Source: an uncultured virus (IMG/VR IMGVR_UViG_3300020577_013858)
Taxonomy: Duplodnaviria; Heunggongvirae; Uroviricota; Caudoviricetes
DNA: 64,000 nt
Virus record (IMG/VR): IMGVR_UViG_3300020577_013858
Strand: one strand, 5' to 3'
Program-made: the position numbers and the translations under genes
Part shown: piece after piece, positions 46,776 to 55,410 of the stretch
Numbering within the stretch: position 1 is the stretch's first letter
Layout of the letters: every line of letters begins with the position of its first letter
Notes under the pieces: model-generated
Told to the model about the DNA's origin: nothing
Databases searched by the model: none
Seen by the model: only the letters and a program-made list of their open reading frames with translations

Positions 46776-47030
46776 ATGGACAAAGCAGGTACAGCGCAGA
46801 CCGCAAAGCCAAGACTCCAGACCGCGCAGCGGCGCGCGGCGCGTTGGTCGGATCGTGTCGAGGGCGCGTTGCGGGCGACGAACGGAAACCGAAAGCGCGC
46901 CGCCGTGATGCTCGAAATCACTCACGTCTACCTGTTTCGGCTCCTGCGCACCGACCTCCGCCATCTCGCGAAGAAGTTTCCGGCGCGGCGTGGCCGCCCG
47001 TCGATCGACGACGAAGCGCGCGCGGCTTGA
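46776..47030 (+). CDS. Fis-type HTH regulator (84 aa)
   Basis: VEGALRATNGNRKRAAVMLEITHVYLFRLL. Confidence 0.8.
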   Translation: MDKAGTAQTAKPRLQTAQRRAARWSDRVEGALRATNGNRKRAAVMLEITHVYLFRLLRTDLRHLAKKFPARRGRPSIDDEARAA

Positions 47031-47056
47031 CGCGCGGGGCGTGACTCCGGTACGTT
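47027..47056 (+). promoter_or_regulatory. Putative tRNA promoter TTGACG-N18-TACGTT
   Basis: Directly upstream of the tRNA. Confidence 0.6.
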
Positions 47057-47068
47057 CCGATCACCCCG

Positions 47069-47141
<73 letters not shown>

Positions 47142-47161
47142 CTGACAGACCCCCACGTGAA

Positions 47162-47205
47162 AAGACCCCCGGCGCGGCGATCGACGCTCCGGGGGTCTTG
47201 CTTTT
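47162..47205 (+). terminator. Intrinsic terminator after tRNA (likely bidirectional)
   Basis: AAGACCCCCGG ... CCGGGGGTCTT followed by GCTTTT; A-run on the 5' side. Confidence 0.75.
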
Positions 47206-47220
47206 CGGGGGTTGGTGAGG

Positions 47221-47670
47221 CTACTCGCAGCGCATCGGGGAGCCGGTGCAGCGGAACCCGCGATGGCAGCAGCACAGCGGGACGCCGAGCACGGTCCCGT
47301 CGTTGATTCCGGTCGGCTCAAACTCGCACGCGAGCTTCCCGGGATCGACCTCGCGGAACTGCGCGAGCACCGAGCTACACGCCGTCACGGGGTCACGCCC
47401 CGAGGCGCGCACGCGCTCGCAGAGCTCCTGTCCACCGAGGCCCGACGCGAACGCCCGCGACGGGCCGAACGCATCCCAACAGCAGTGATTGAGCCGTTCG
47501 AGCGCGGCGTTGCAGGCGTCGTTGCCCGGCGCGAACGGGAGGCAGATGTCTGCCTCGACGGGACCGACGTCGGCCGTGACGTCGGGCGACGGCGCGGTGC
47601 CTCCGCCCGTGACCGGGCCGCACGCGACGAGAGCGAGAGCGAGAACAGGGAGCATGAAAAATCGCTTCAT
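47221..47670 (-). CDS. Cys-rich lipoprotein (149 aa)
   Basis: MKRFFMLPVLALALVAC lipobox; 12 Cys in mature part; GAGGT RBS. Confidence 0.8.
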   Translation of the reverse strand: MKRFFMLPVLALALVACGPVTGGGTAPSPDVTADVGPVEADICLPFAPGNDACNAALERLNHCCWDAFGPSRAFASGLGGQELCERVRASGRDPVTACSSVLAQFREVDPGKLACEFEPTGINDGTVLGVPLCCCHRGFRCTGSPMRCE

Positions 47671-47744
47671 TGTGGATACCTCTGCGGCCATGCGTAGCGC
47701 CACGTCTCGACGCTCGCAAGGAAACCGTGTTACTTCTGAGCACG

Positions 47745-48965
47745 ATGAAAATTCTAGTCGCGATTCTGTCGGTTCTGTGTGCCGCCTTCGTCTTCGGAGT
47801 CGAAACAACGGCGCGCGCTCTCTTCGGGTGTTCAGTGGTCGCGTCTCTGGTGACGGGTCTTCTCCCCGGCTCCGCCGCGCATCACCCCCGCGTCGGAGCG
47901 TTCGTGCGCGCGCTGCACCGCTTCGCGTTCGTGCGATGGCGCGACGAGTTCGGCACGTTCAAGTGGCCGGGCATGGGCTATCGCCCGTCGCCCTACGACC
48001 CTCGCGCGGGCAAGCGCGCCTATGGTCGCTACGGTCGCGCGGTGGACTGGATCACGGTGCGCAGCGACGTGATGCTCGACTGGAGCGACCAGTCCCCGGA
48101 GGTCATGCGGGCCTGGAACGAGGCTGCGCGCGGTGCGGCGTCGGGTGGGTATGAGGCGCCCGACGTGCGCCCGCGCTTCGACACCGCGCCGCGGGTCGGG
48201 TTGGTGAAGGCGGCGCTCGCGTTGTCGGAAAACGAGTACGATGCGCTCGCGGAGTCGCTTCTCGCCGATCACCCCGAGTGGTTCGGCGCGCTCGACACGA
48301 ACGGCGACCACGGGCCGGTCTATCTCGTGCGCGTCACGGCACCGAACCGAAACCCGTTCTACGTCGATCCGGGGGGCTATGCGTGGGCGCGCAACGTCTA
48401 CTTCGACGCGCGGGCCTGCAACGACTGGCGCGCGAAGCGCACGCTCTACCTCGCGCCCGACTTCGCCGACGACGACGCGCGCGAGGTCACCGTCCGTCTC
48501 GGCGGCCACAAGGTCAACCGGCTGGCGGTCGCCGCGCGGAACCTCCCCGACGTGCCGCGCGCCAAGCCCTCGCGCCCTTCGCCCTCGCCCTTGCTCACCA
48601 TCCTCGCGGTCATGATGCTCGCGTCCTGTGCGTGGCTCCGCAACGCGACGATGGACGCGACCGATGGGATTCCCGCGCGTGAGCCGCACGACACGCGCGC
48701 GGCGCGTTGCAACGGCAACGTGCCCGAGCATCGACACGCCGAAGGCCGGTTCTGGACGTGGCTCCCGCGTCGGGGAGACGGCGGCACGCGCGCCTGTCCC
48801 GGGAGCTGTGCGGTCATCGCCACCGATGCAGGCGACCGGGCGATTTGTGTGTGGCCCGACGCCGCCGTGCGCGCGCCGTCGTCACCCGATGTGCTCGCAG
48901 ACACTTCACTGTCGCCCGACGCCGCCGCCGACGTCGACGCAACCTCGGAGGCTCACGATGGGTAG
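47745..48965 (+). CDS. Membrane protein (406 aa) with N-terminal TMs and an internal lipobox-like segment
   Basis: MKILVAILSVLCAAFVFG; LLTILAVMMLASC. Confidence 0.6.
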   Translation: MKILVAILSVLCAAFVFGVETTARALFGCSVVASLVTGLLPGSAAHHPRVGAFVRALHRFAFVRWRDEFGTFKWPGMGYRPSPYDPRAGKRAYGRYGRAVDWITVRSDVMLDWSDQSPEVMRAWNEAARGAASGGYEAPDVRPRFDTAPRVGLVKAALALSENEYDALAESLLADHPEWFGALDTNGDHGPVYLVRVTAPNRNPFYVDPGGYAWARNVYFDARACNDWRAKRTLYLAPDFADDDAREVTVRLGGHKVNRLAVAARNLPDVPRAKPSRPSPSPLLTILAVMMLASCAWLRNATMDATDGIPAREPHDTRAARCNGNVPEHRHAEGRFWTWLPRRGDGGTRACPGSCAVIATDAGDRAICVWPDAAVRAPSSPDVLADTSLSPDAAADVDATSEAHDG

Positions 48966-49695
48966 GTCCGTTTCGATCGACCCCGCGCTCGCGATGCGCG
49001 CGGTGCAACGCCAACTGCCCGCGGGGGTCGAGCTCGTGCAGCCCGACGACGCGCGCCGCATTCCGATCGTCTATCTCCTCGGGGCGGCGTACGAACTGAC
49101 GGGCTACGGCTGGCGCGTCGAGGATGTGCGCGAACGCATCTCGGTCACGCTTCCCGGGCTCGGCACGGGCGGTACGGCGATCTTCGGCGGGCTCGCGCGC
49201 GGAATCCCCATGGTGGGCGATCTCCTGGCCGATTTCCTCGCGAAGAACCTTCGCGACACCGGCATCTTTCTCTCGCCGTTCGCCGTTCGCGACGGCATCA
49301 CGCTCGTGTCTACGTACAAGCACGAGGAGTCGCACGCGGGATGGATCGCGAAGGGCGGCATCCCGCTGTGCCTCGCGTATCTCGTCGCGCCCGAGGTGCG
49401 TGGCGGCACCGAGTCGCCCTGCTTCGCGTGCAACATGGCGCACGAGGTGATCCTGCGCGGAACGTCGCGGTGGGAAGCCTGCGAGGCCGCGAGCGCGCGT
49501 CTTGAGTCCTACGGGCTCGACGCAGCGGCGCGCGACCTGGCACACGCCAACCTGCAAGCCGCCGCGCTCTCGCTCGCGACCGCCGAGCAAAAGCGCAACG
49601 CAGAAGGGTGGGAGGCCGCGCTCGCGTTCGATCCCACGGGCACCGTCGTCGAGACCGTCGAGGCGCTTCGCGCGGAGGGATGGCGCGGTGAGTGA
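48958..49695 (+). CDS. Putative zincin metallopeptidase-like protein (245 aa)
   Basis: YKHEESH (HExxH) with a downstream Glu; GGAGG RBS. Confidence 0.5.
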   Translation: MGRSVSIDPALAMRAVQRQLPAGVELVQPDDARRIPIVYLLGAAYELTGYGWRVEDVRERISVTLPGLGTGGTAIFGGLARGIPMVGDLLADFLAKNLRDTGIFLSPFAVRDGITLVSTYKHEESHAGWIAKGGIPLCLAYLVAPEVRGGTESPCFACNMAHEVILRGTSRWEACEAASARLESYGLDAAARDLAHANLQAAALSLATAEQKRNAEGWEAALAFDPTGTVVETVEALRAEGWRGE

Positions 49696-50038
49696 CCAGA
49701 CCGAAGAATTCCGATGCCTCGTGCGGAAGTTCGACGAACCTCTCGCCGCGGGCACGACGACGTCCATCGTCATTCCGATCAACTACGCGCCCACGTGCTC
49801 GTTCACCGTCGTCAACGGGGACGAACCGATCACGGCGGCGACGATCGAGATGGCCGTGGACTACGAAGAGGACGGTACAACGCCCCTCTGGGGTCCGGCC
49901 GTCGCGGAGCCCTCGCTCGTGCTCGCGGCGAACGCGCGCGTGCAGATGAACCTCAAGGATCTCATCGTGTTCGCGATGCGCCTCCGGTTCACGGTGGTTC
50001 TCGCGGGCACCGTCACCATCGTGGGGCGCGGACCATGA
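49688..50038 (+). CDS. Small beta-sandwich protein (116 aa), possible structural protein
   Basis: Alternating beta pattern ending MRLRFTV...VTIVG. Confidence 0.5.
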   Translation: MSDQTEEFRCLVRKFDEPLAAGTTTSIVIPINYAPTCSFTVVNGDEPITAATIEMAVDYEEDGTTPLWGPAVAEPSLVLAANARVQMNLKDLIVFAMRLRFTVVLAGTVTIVGRGP

Positions 50039-50796
50039 GCGTCTGGTTCGGCTACTTCGAAAGCAGTGGCGGTTTGCCGGTGGCGACCGCCGCGGGGCAG
50101 ATCCCCGTCTCGACCGGACCGGGCTCAACCTACGCCGCGCAGCCCGCTTCGGTCGTGCGCTCGCTGATCCTCGACGCCGGGCGCGTCGTCGATCCGCTGA
50201 CCGGCGTGGGGTGGACGGAGACGGAGGTCGCGCCCGCCACCTGGGATTGGCTCGCCGGGCCTGCGCGTGGCCGCTTGACGGTGCCCGCGGGCGCCGTCGC
50301 AGGCGTTCTCCAGACGCGCGCCGGATACCTCCCCGACGCGGAGTACAAGACCGTTCTCGCGCGCGTGCAGGTGGTGAGTGGCGACGGCTCCGCGAGTACG
50401 CGCTACAGCGTCGCCTATGGACTCGACTCCTCCAATCACGTCGGGTTCTCGCTCTGGACGAACGGCACCGTCGAGCTCTATCGCGTGGTCGGCGGTGTGT
50501 TCACCTCGCTCGGGATTGTCGCGGGACCGTCGCCCGCGGTCCGTACGGGCGGACAACTCTGGATCGGCTCCCTGTCGAGTCCGCACGGCGCGTGTGCCGT
50601 GTGGGGTGTGGGTGTGGCCGGTGCTCCTCCGCAGCAGTGGGAGACGACGACGCTGGACGCCGCCGCCGCCACGTTGACCGCGGGGTCGGGCGGATGGGTC
50701 GCGATCAACGGGTTGACCATCGGGGCGCTCGGGACGGATTTCGTCATGGACCTTCTCGACTTTCGACTCGCTTCGCAGCGTGCGGGCTCGCAGTAG
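50035..50796 (+). CDS. Beta-rich Gly/Trp protein (253 aa), possible lectin-like spike or receptor-binding protein
   Basis: Composition and strand pattern only. Confidence 0.45.
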   Translation: MSVWFGYFESSGGLPVATAAGQIPVSTGPGSTYAAQPASVVRSLILDAGRVVDPLTGVGWTETEVAPATWDWLAGPARGRLTVPAGAVAGVLQTRAGYLPDAEYKTVLARVQVVSGDGSASTRYSVAYGLDSSNHVGFSLWTNGTVELYRVVGGVFTSLGIVAGPSPAVRTGGQLWIGSLSSPHGACAVWGVGVAGAPPQQWETTTLDAAAATLTAGSGGWVAINGLTIGALGTDFVMDLLDFRLASQRAGSQ

Positions 50797-50804
50797 GAGA
50801 CGCT

Positions 50805-51236
50805 ATGGGATGGCTGGAGATCGTCGGTACGGGTGGTGCGGCGGCGGGCCTGACGGCGCTCGGTTCCGTCGCCAAAGAGGCTCTCGCGCAGCATCGCGCA
50901 AATCGCGAGTCGGCCGCGAAAGCGGCGCTCGACGCGCGCGTCGTCGAGGTCAAGGCGCGGCAAGATGGCGAGGTCGCGCAGAACTCGCATGAAGAGGCGC
51001 TCCTCAATACGCTGGTGGGGCTCGCGCGCGACACGGCCACGCAAGCCGTCGCGCAAGCGGAGAAGCTGTCCACGGTCATCGTGACCGCTTCGACGGCGAT
51101 CAACGGCCTTCAAGCCGCCATCGCCAACCTCCAACTCGATGTGCGCGCGATCGGCTCCAAAATCGACGCACTGGAAAATCGGCTCGACGCCGCCGACCGC
51201 GCAAGCGGTGTCATTTCGCGGGAGAAGGTCTCATGA
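50805..51236 (+). CDS. N-terminal hydrophobic plus coiled-coil protein (143 aa), holin/antiholin-like
   Basis: AGGAG RBS; C-terminal heptads. Confidence 0.5.
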   Translation: MGWLEIVGTGGAAAGLTALGSVAKEALAQHRANRESAAKAALDARVVEVKARQDGEVAQNSHEEALLNTLVGLARDTATQAVAQAEKLSTVIVTASTAINGLQAAIANLQLDVRAIGSKIDALENRLDAADRASGVISREKVS

Positions 51237-51805
51237 GCATGTTCGTCGAACAGTTCTTCGCGGATGTCGGCGCCGTGCGGGCGATGCAATCGTCCGTGGT
51301 CGAGCGCATCGACGAGGCAGCGGCTCGAATGAGCGCGAGTCTTCACGGCGTCGAGCAGCTTCTCGTGCGGGACCGCGCGTCCTTTCCGACGCTGCACCCG
51401 AGTGTGCTCGTGCTCGACGACGACCTGAACGCGGCAAACACGGTTGTGCGCGCGCTCAAGCTCGAACTGCCCGCGTACCTCCGCAATCTCACGGGTGCGT
51501 CGTCGTGGGCGTTCAAGGTGTCCGCAGAACATAACGTTGAGGTCGCACGTCACCGCGTCAAGGTGGAGGGCGTGTCCGTGGTCGTCGCGGACTACTACCT
51601 TGAGAACGCGGGCATCTCCGGCGCCTCGTTCCTTCGTTCGCTCGACCGCGCGCATCGGGGCGTGCTCGTGTCGGGGATGGCGGCCGTCGAAGAGCTGCGC
51701 GAGCTCGGGCGCGCGGCCAACGCGCAGGTGTTCCGACGCCCGGTCACCGAGGGCGAATGGCAGGCGTTCATCGCGCACGTCGCGACCCTTCTCGCCGCAC
51801 CCTGA
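51233..51805 (+). CDS. Response-regulator receiver domain protein without output domain
   Basis: VLVLDDD, VVVADYYL, ISG, VLVSG, FRRP (Lys replaced by Arg). Confidence 0.75.
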   Translation: MSMFVEQFFADVGAVRAMQSSVVERIDEAAARMSASLHGVEQLLVRDRASFPTLHPSVLVLDDDLNAANTVVRALKLELPAYLRNLTGASSWAFKVSAEHNVEVARHRVKVEGVSVVVADYYLENAGISGASFLRSLDRAHRGVLVSGMAAVEELRELGRAANAQVFRRPVTEGEWQAFIAHVATLLAAP

Positions 51806-51809
51806 ACCG

Positions 51810-52826
51810 TTACCGTTTCGTCGTGATCCACGCGGCGCGTTCCTTCGCGTTGCGCAAGCACGGACCCTGCGCGAGCACGTAGGACGCGAGGCCCCCGTCT
51901 TCGGCCTGTGCGTGTCGCAGCCGATCGAAAAGCCGATCTCCGAGCGCGCTGCGATAGTAGTGCTTGTGGACGTCGTCGCGCGTGAGGTTGCAGGTGACGA
52001 ACGTCACGCGCCCGGCGTTGTAGCGCTCCAACAGCAGTTCCGTGATGCGCGTGGGGTCTTCTTCGGTCCCGAGGTCGTCGAGAAGCATCGCGCGCGCTTG
52101 ACACCAGCGCTCCCACTCCTGTTGCGCCTGGAACCCGGTGCGTCGGTCGCGTGGGCCAACCCACGTTGCCGCGAGGTACACCGCGCTTTCGCCGCACGTG
52201 CGCAGGAGCACGTGCGCCGCCGCGACGGTCTTTCCGATGCCCTTCGCGCCCGACACGACGCGAATGCACGCGGCGCGGCGCGGGGTACGCCACGCCCAAG
52301 CCTCGCGAAAAAGCCGCAGGGATTCCGACTCAGGGAGCCAATCGTCGTATGCCGGTTCGCGCACGTTCGGATCGCCCGGGAGGCCCATCGCGTTCGCGGT
52401 GCGCTCGTAGGCCGCGCGTCGACGTCCGACCTCCGCCTTGAGCGTCGCCCTGAACACCTCGACGAGATCGGAGCCGTTCCGGGGGAGACGACGCACGATC
52501 GCCAGAAGGTGCTTCCATGCAACCGCGCGGGGTTCCGGTTCGACCGTGCCGAGCGCGTAGCGATGCTGCGTCCATGCCTGCACCGCGTCACCGAGCGTCC
52601 GCACGCGGCCCGCCTGGTCGTAGAACGCCGCCAACACCTCGGGGGTGTTCTCGGGGGCGCCGTGCGCGGGCACGAGTCGAACGGGTGTCGGGCTCGCAAG
52701 CAGTTGGGCAAGCAGCACGGGCACGCCGTGATGCTCGCCCGTGCGACGCGCAAGCAGACTCGCGTTGAGCTCGCGCTCATAGTCCGATCCGAAATCCAGC
52801 GTGCGTTGCGGGTCGTTGGAGCTCAT
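51810..52826 (-). CDS. DnaC/IstB-like AAA+ helicase loader
   Basis: SGAKGIGKT, LLDDLGTE, ERYN...TFVTCNL, RLFDRL. Confidence 0.85.
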   Translation of the reverse strand: MSSNDPQRTLDFGSDYERELNASLLARRTGEHHGVPVLLAQLLASPTPVRLVPAHGAPENTPEVLAAFYDQAGRVRTLGDAVQAWTQHRYALGTVEPEPRAVAWKHLLAIVRRLPRNGSDLVEVFRATLKAEVGRRRAAYERTANAMGLPGDPNVREPAYDDWLPESESLRLFREAWAWRTPRRAACIRVVSGAKGIGKTVAAAHVLLRTCGESAVYLAATWVGPRDRRTGFQAQQEWERWCQARAMLLDDLGTEEDPTRITELLLERYNAGRVTFVTCNLTRDDVHKHYYRSALGDRLFDRLRHAQAEDGGLASYVLAQGPCLRNAKERAAWITTKR

Positions 52827-53281
52827 TCGCCTTCGGTAAGCGCTTTCCCGAGGGCCTGGAGTTCCTCGCGAAGTCGGGCGTTCTCCGCCGTGAGGGCGTC
52901 GATGCGTTCGCTGCGAAGCGTCGCAAAGTCGCACAGTCTCATGCGCTCCTGCATGAGCTTGTCGAGGTCGCGCGTGAGTTCGGTGATACGTTCGGCGCGA
53001 TCCGCCGAAAGGCCGCGCAGGCTCGTGTGCTCCTGCGTGAGCTTCTCGAAACGTTCTTGCTCGACCTCGCGGGTCGTCTCCGAAGTGGAGAGCTTGAGTT
53101 CGAGTTCGCGGATGCGTGCCCGAAGAATCTCGGTCGATTCTGAGGCAGGCATGGTCACGGGAAGAACCCGCTCGATATACTCCCGCTTGACACTCGCGCG
53201 GGGCTCTCCGTCGGTCGAGGTGTGGTTCGCGAGTGCAGCGGGGTCACGGGTCGTGTTGCTGGAAATCGTTGAGGCTTTCAT
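52823..53281 (-). CDS. Coiled-coil protein (152 aa)
   Basis: Long heptad repeats. Confidence 0.65.
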   Translation of the reverse strand: MKASTISSNTTRDPAALANHTSTDGEPRASVKREYIERVLPVTMPASESTEILRARIRELELKLSTSETTREVEQERFEKLTQEHTSLRGLSADRAERITELTRDLDKLMQERMRLCDFATLRSERIDALTAENARLREELQALGKALTEGE

Positions 53282-53583
53282 GGACGGCGTTCCTTTCGCG
53301 TGGCGTTCACTGCGCGCTCGACTCGCGCACGGGCGTGCGGCGTGCGAAGGCTTCGCACGCCACGATAGGGGGTTCCGTCGCCCGCGCCAAGCCACGCGAG
53401 CGAGCAGCGAAAGACGCGCGCGAGGGCGTAGACGGTGGCGAACGAAACGTGCGGGTGATCCTTCGCCCGAAGGGCGTAGAGCTGCGCGCGGGAGAGGCCC
53501 GAAAGCGCGGCGATCTCGTGCTCGGGTCGAGTGAAGCGCGCGGCGCGCGTGAGCGCCGCAAGGCGTTGGCGGAGCGTGCTCAT
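53278..53583 (-). CDS. XRE/Cro-family HTH regulator (101 aa)
   Basis: TLRQRL...EIAALSGLSRAQLY...ALARVFRCSLAWL. Confidence 0.8.
   Translation of the reverse strand: MSTLRQRLAALTRAARFTRPEHEIAALSGLSRAQLYALRAKDHPHVSFATVYALARVFRCSLAWLGAGDGTPYRGVRSLRTPHARARVERAVNATRKERRP
53339..53361. repeat. Dispersed palindrome copy 7 (GGCGTGCGAAGGCTTCGCACGCC)
   Basis: Longest copy, 23 bp. Confidence 0.9.
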
Positions 53584-53756
53584 CGGCGTCTCCTCGCGAT
53601 GGCGCCCTCGCGCTTGCACCTCATGCACGTGTCCCGTGCGCAGGAGGTGTTGGTGTTGAAGACGAAGCCGCACGCGCGGCATTCGATCTCCCGCGCGTGG
53701 TAGAGACCGAGGTCGTCGTCGATGTGACGACGCACGAGAAACAGGGGGTCATCCAT
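53580..53756 (-). CDS. Zinc-ribbon microprotein (58 aa; not in ORF track)
   Basis: Hand translation MDDPLFLV...ECRACGFVF...TCMRCK; stop overlaps the XRE start. Confidence 0.7.
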   Translation of the reverse strand: MDDPLFLVRRHIDDDLGLYHAREIECRACGFVFNTNTSCARDTCMRCKREGAIARRRR

Positions 53757-53834
53757 GGTGCGGACGGTAGATCAAAAAAAGGTGTACAGCAATCGTTGAC
53801 TTTGAGTCTTCGCTTTGCCACGATCGTGACAGTC
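53757..53834. promoter_or_regulatory. Divergent promoter region
   Basis: Minus: TTGCTG-N17-TACCGT; plus: TTGACT-N17-CACGAT; AT-rich. Confidence 0.6.
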
Positions 53835-54563
53835 ATGACCGAGAGCAATCCTACGTCTGAGGCTTCTCCGCCCCCTTCGATCGACCACAAGGCGCTCGCG
53901 TCGATCGTCCGCACGGGGGATCTTCGCGAGCTCTCCGAAGCGGATCGGGTCGAGCTCATGTCGTCGGCGTGTCGCGCGCTCGGGCTCGACCCGTTTACGA
54001 TGCCGTTTTCGTTCGTCAACATCGGGGGGCGCGTGCAGTTGTACGCGCGGCGTTCGGCCACCGATCAACTCGCGCGGATTCACGGACTCGTGCGCGAGGT
54101 CATCGACGGCCCGAAGGTGGTTCCGGTGCTCAACAGCGCCGTTGCGTTTGCGATGTGCAGGTTGACGCTTCCCTCGGGGCGCTACGAAACGGCGTCGGGC
54201 ACCGTGCCGTTGTCTCACCAGAACGCAGGCGATGCGCTCATGACCGCGGAGACGAAGGCCAAGCGCCGCGGAACGCTCGCGATTCTGGGGCTCGGGATGC
54301 TCGACGAGATGGAGGTGGACGTCATCCCCGGGGCAGAAATCGCGGAGGTCATTGCGCTCAAGGAACGCATCGAGCGTGAGGTCTCGTCGGTCGAGACCGC
54401 CGCGCGCGTCTGGGTTGAGGTGTCGGCGCGCGTCGAGGCGCTCACGCCCGTGCAACAACGCCGCGTGCGCGCTGTGCTGGTCAAGGCGTCGCGGTCGAAC
54501 GCGGACGCGGTACGTGCGGCGGTGTCCGCGCGGCGCGCGGAGACGAAGGGGAGTGCGGCGTGA
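53835..54563 (+). CDS. Phage single-strand annealing recombinase (RecT/Red-beta-like)
   Basis: CRALGLDPF, LMTAETKAKRR.TL...GLG motifs. Confidence 0.7.
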   Translation: MTESNPTSEASPPPSIDHKALASIVRTGDLRELSEADRVELMSSACRALGLDPFTMPFSFVNIGGRVQLYARRSATDQLARIHGLVREVIDGPKVVPVLNSAVAFAMCRLTLPSGRYETASGTVPLSHQNAGDALMTAETKAKRRGTLAILGLGMLDEMEVDVIPGAEIAEVIALKERIEREVSSVETAARVWVEVSARVEALTPVQQRRVRAVLVKASRSNADAVRAAVSARRAETKGSAA

Positions 54564-54678
54564 GCGCTTGCTGCACTCGTGCTCTCAGGCTTTGGGTTCC
54601 GGTGATCGCACGCATCTGCGCGCGGGTTTCCGGGGAGGCGCGTTGCGCGCTCGCGCTGCGCAGGTGCGAGGGATGCTC

Positions 54679-55410
54679 ATGAGCCACGCCTTCACCCGCT
54701 TTGCGACCGAAGCGGTCACGCACGCGCGACCGCCCCATGCGTTCGACACGGCGCTCGCGCGGGCGATCGGAGACGGCTCTGTCCCGGTCGTGGCGTTGGT
54801 GCGTGTGCTTCTCGACGCGCCCACGACGGACCCGTGGACCGACACGCGGAACATGGCGCTCGCCCATGTCGCGGCGCATCCCGAGCTGGCCGTGTCCGTG
54901 CTCGCGATCGGCGCGCAGGTGCTCGCGGATTGGCCCGAGCCGACGTACACGTTTCAAATGCACGGTGACCCGCATTGCGCGCGCTTTCAGTGCTTCGCGT
55001 GCCTTGCGATCGGAGGCCCAAGCGCAGAAGGCGGCTTCGTCGAGCGGGTTCACGGGACGGGCATCGGTCGCACGAAGCACGAGGCCAAGCAGCGCGCGTC
55101 GGTCGATCTTCTCGCGCGCGTCGCGCGACTGGCGGTGCCCGAGGTCGAGGTCGCGCCCGCGAAGTCTTCGCCGCCCGAGGTGACCGACGCCGACCCGATT
55201 CAGGCGCTCTACCATTGGTGCAGCCGTCGCGCGCTTCCCGTCGTGCCTGCGTTCGCGTTCGCGATCGAAGGGCCGCCCCATCGCGCGGAGGTGACGTGCC
55301 ACTGTCACCTGCACGGGTTCCCGCACACGTCGGGCAAGGCCCGCACGAAGCAGGGTGCGAAGCGTGCGGCGTGCGAACTCATGCTCGCGACGATTCGAGG
55401 TGCGACGTGA
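54679..55410 (+). CDS. Tandem dsRNA-binding-domain protein (243 aa)
   Basis: PTYTF..HGDPH..RF...GIGRTKHEAKQRAS and DPIQALYHWC...GPPH...GKARTKQGAKRAA. Confidence 0.8.
   Translation: MSHAFTRFATEAVTHARPPHAFDTALARAIGDGSVPVVALVRVLLDAPTTDPWTDTRNMALAHVAAHPELAVSVLAIGAQVLADWPEPTYTFQMHGDPHCARFQCFACLAIGGPSAEGGFVERVHGTGIGRTKHEAKQRASVDLLARVARLAVPEVEVAPAKSSPPEVTDADPIQALYHWCSRRALPVVPAFAFAIEGPPHRAEVTCHCHLHGFPHTSGKARTKQGAKRAACELMLATIRGAT

Noticed and set aside
28066..46812. Very long minus-strand ORFs (1446, 1194, 1276, 1663, 864 aa) and the plus-strand 20707..24345 ORF
   Set aside because: Antisense shadows of real genes caused by high-GC codon bias; Arg/His/Val-rich with no motifs
47150..47165. CACGTGAAA as a canonical parS site
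   Set aside because: Only part of TGTTTCACGTGAAACA matches, single copy, overlaps the terminator
51810..52826. IstB of an IS21 element
   Set aside because: No IstA transposase or terminal inverted repeats; context fits a phage helicase loader
54560..54682. 40-codon Cys-rich ORF between the recombinase and dsRBD genes
   Set aside because: Coupling is suggestive but it is too short and motif-free to support a call
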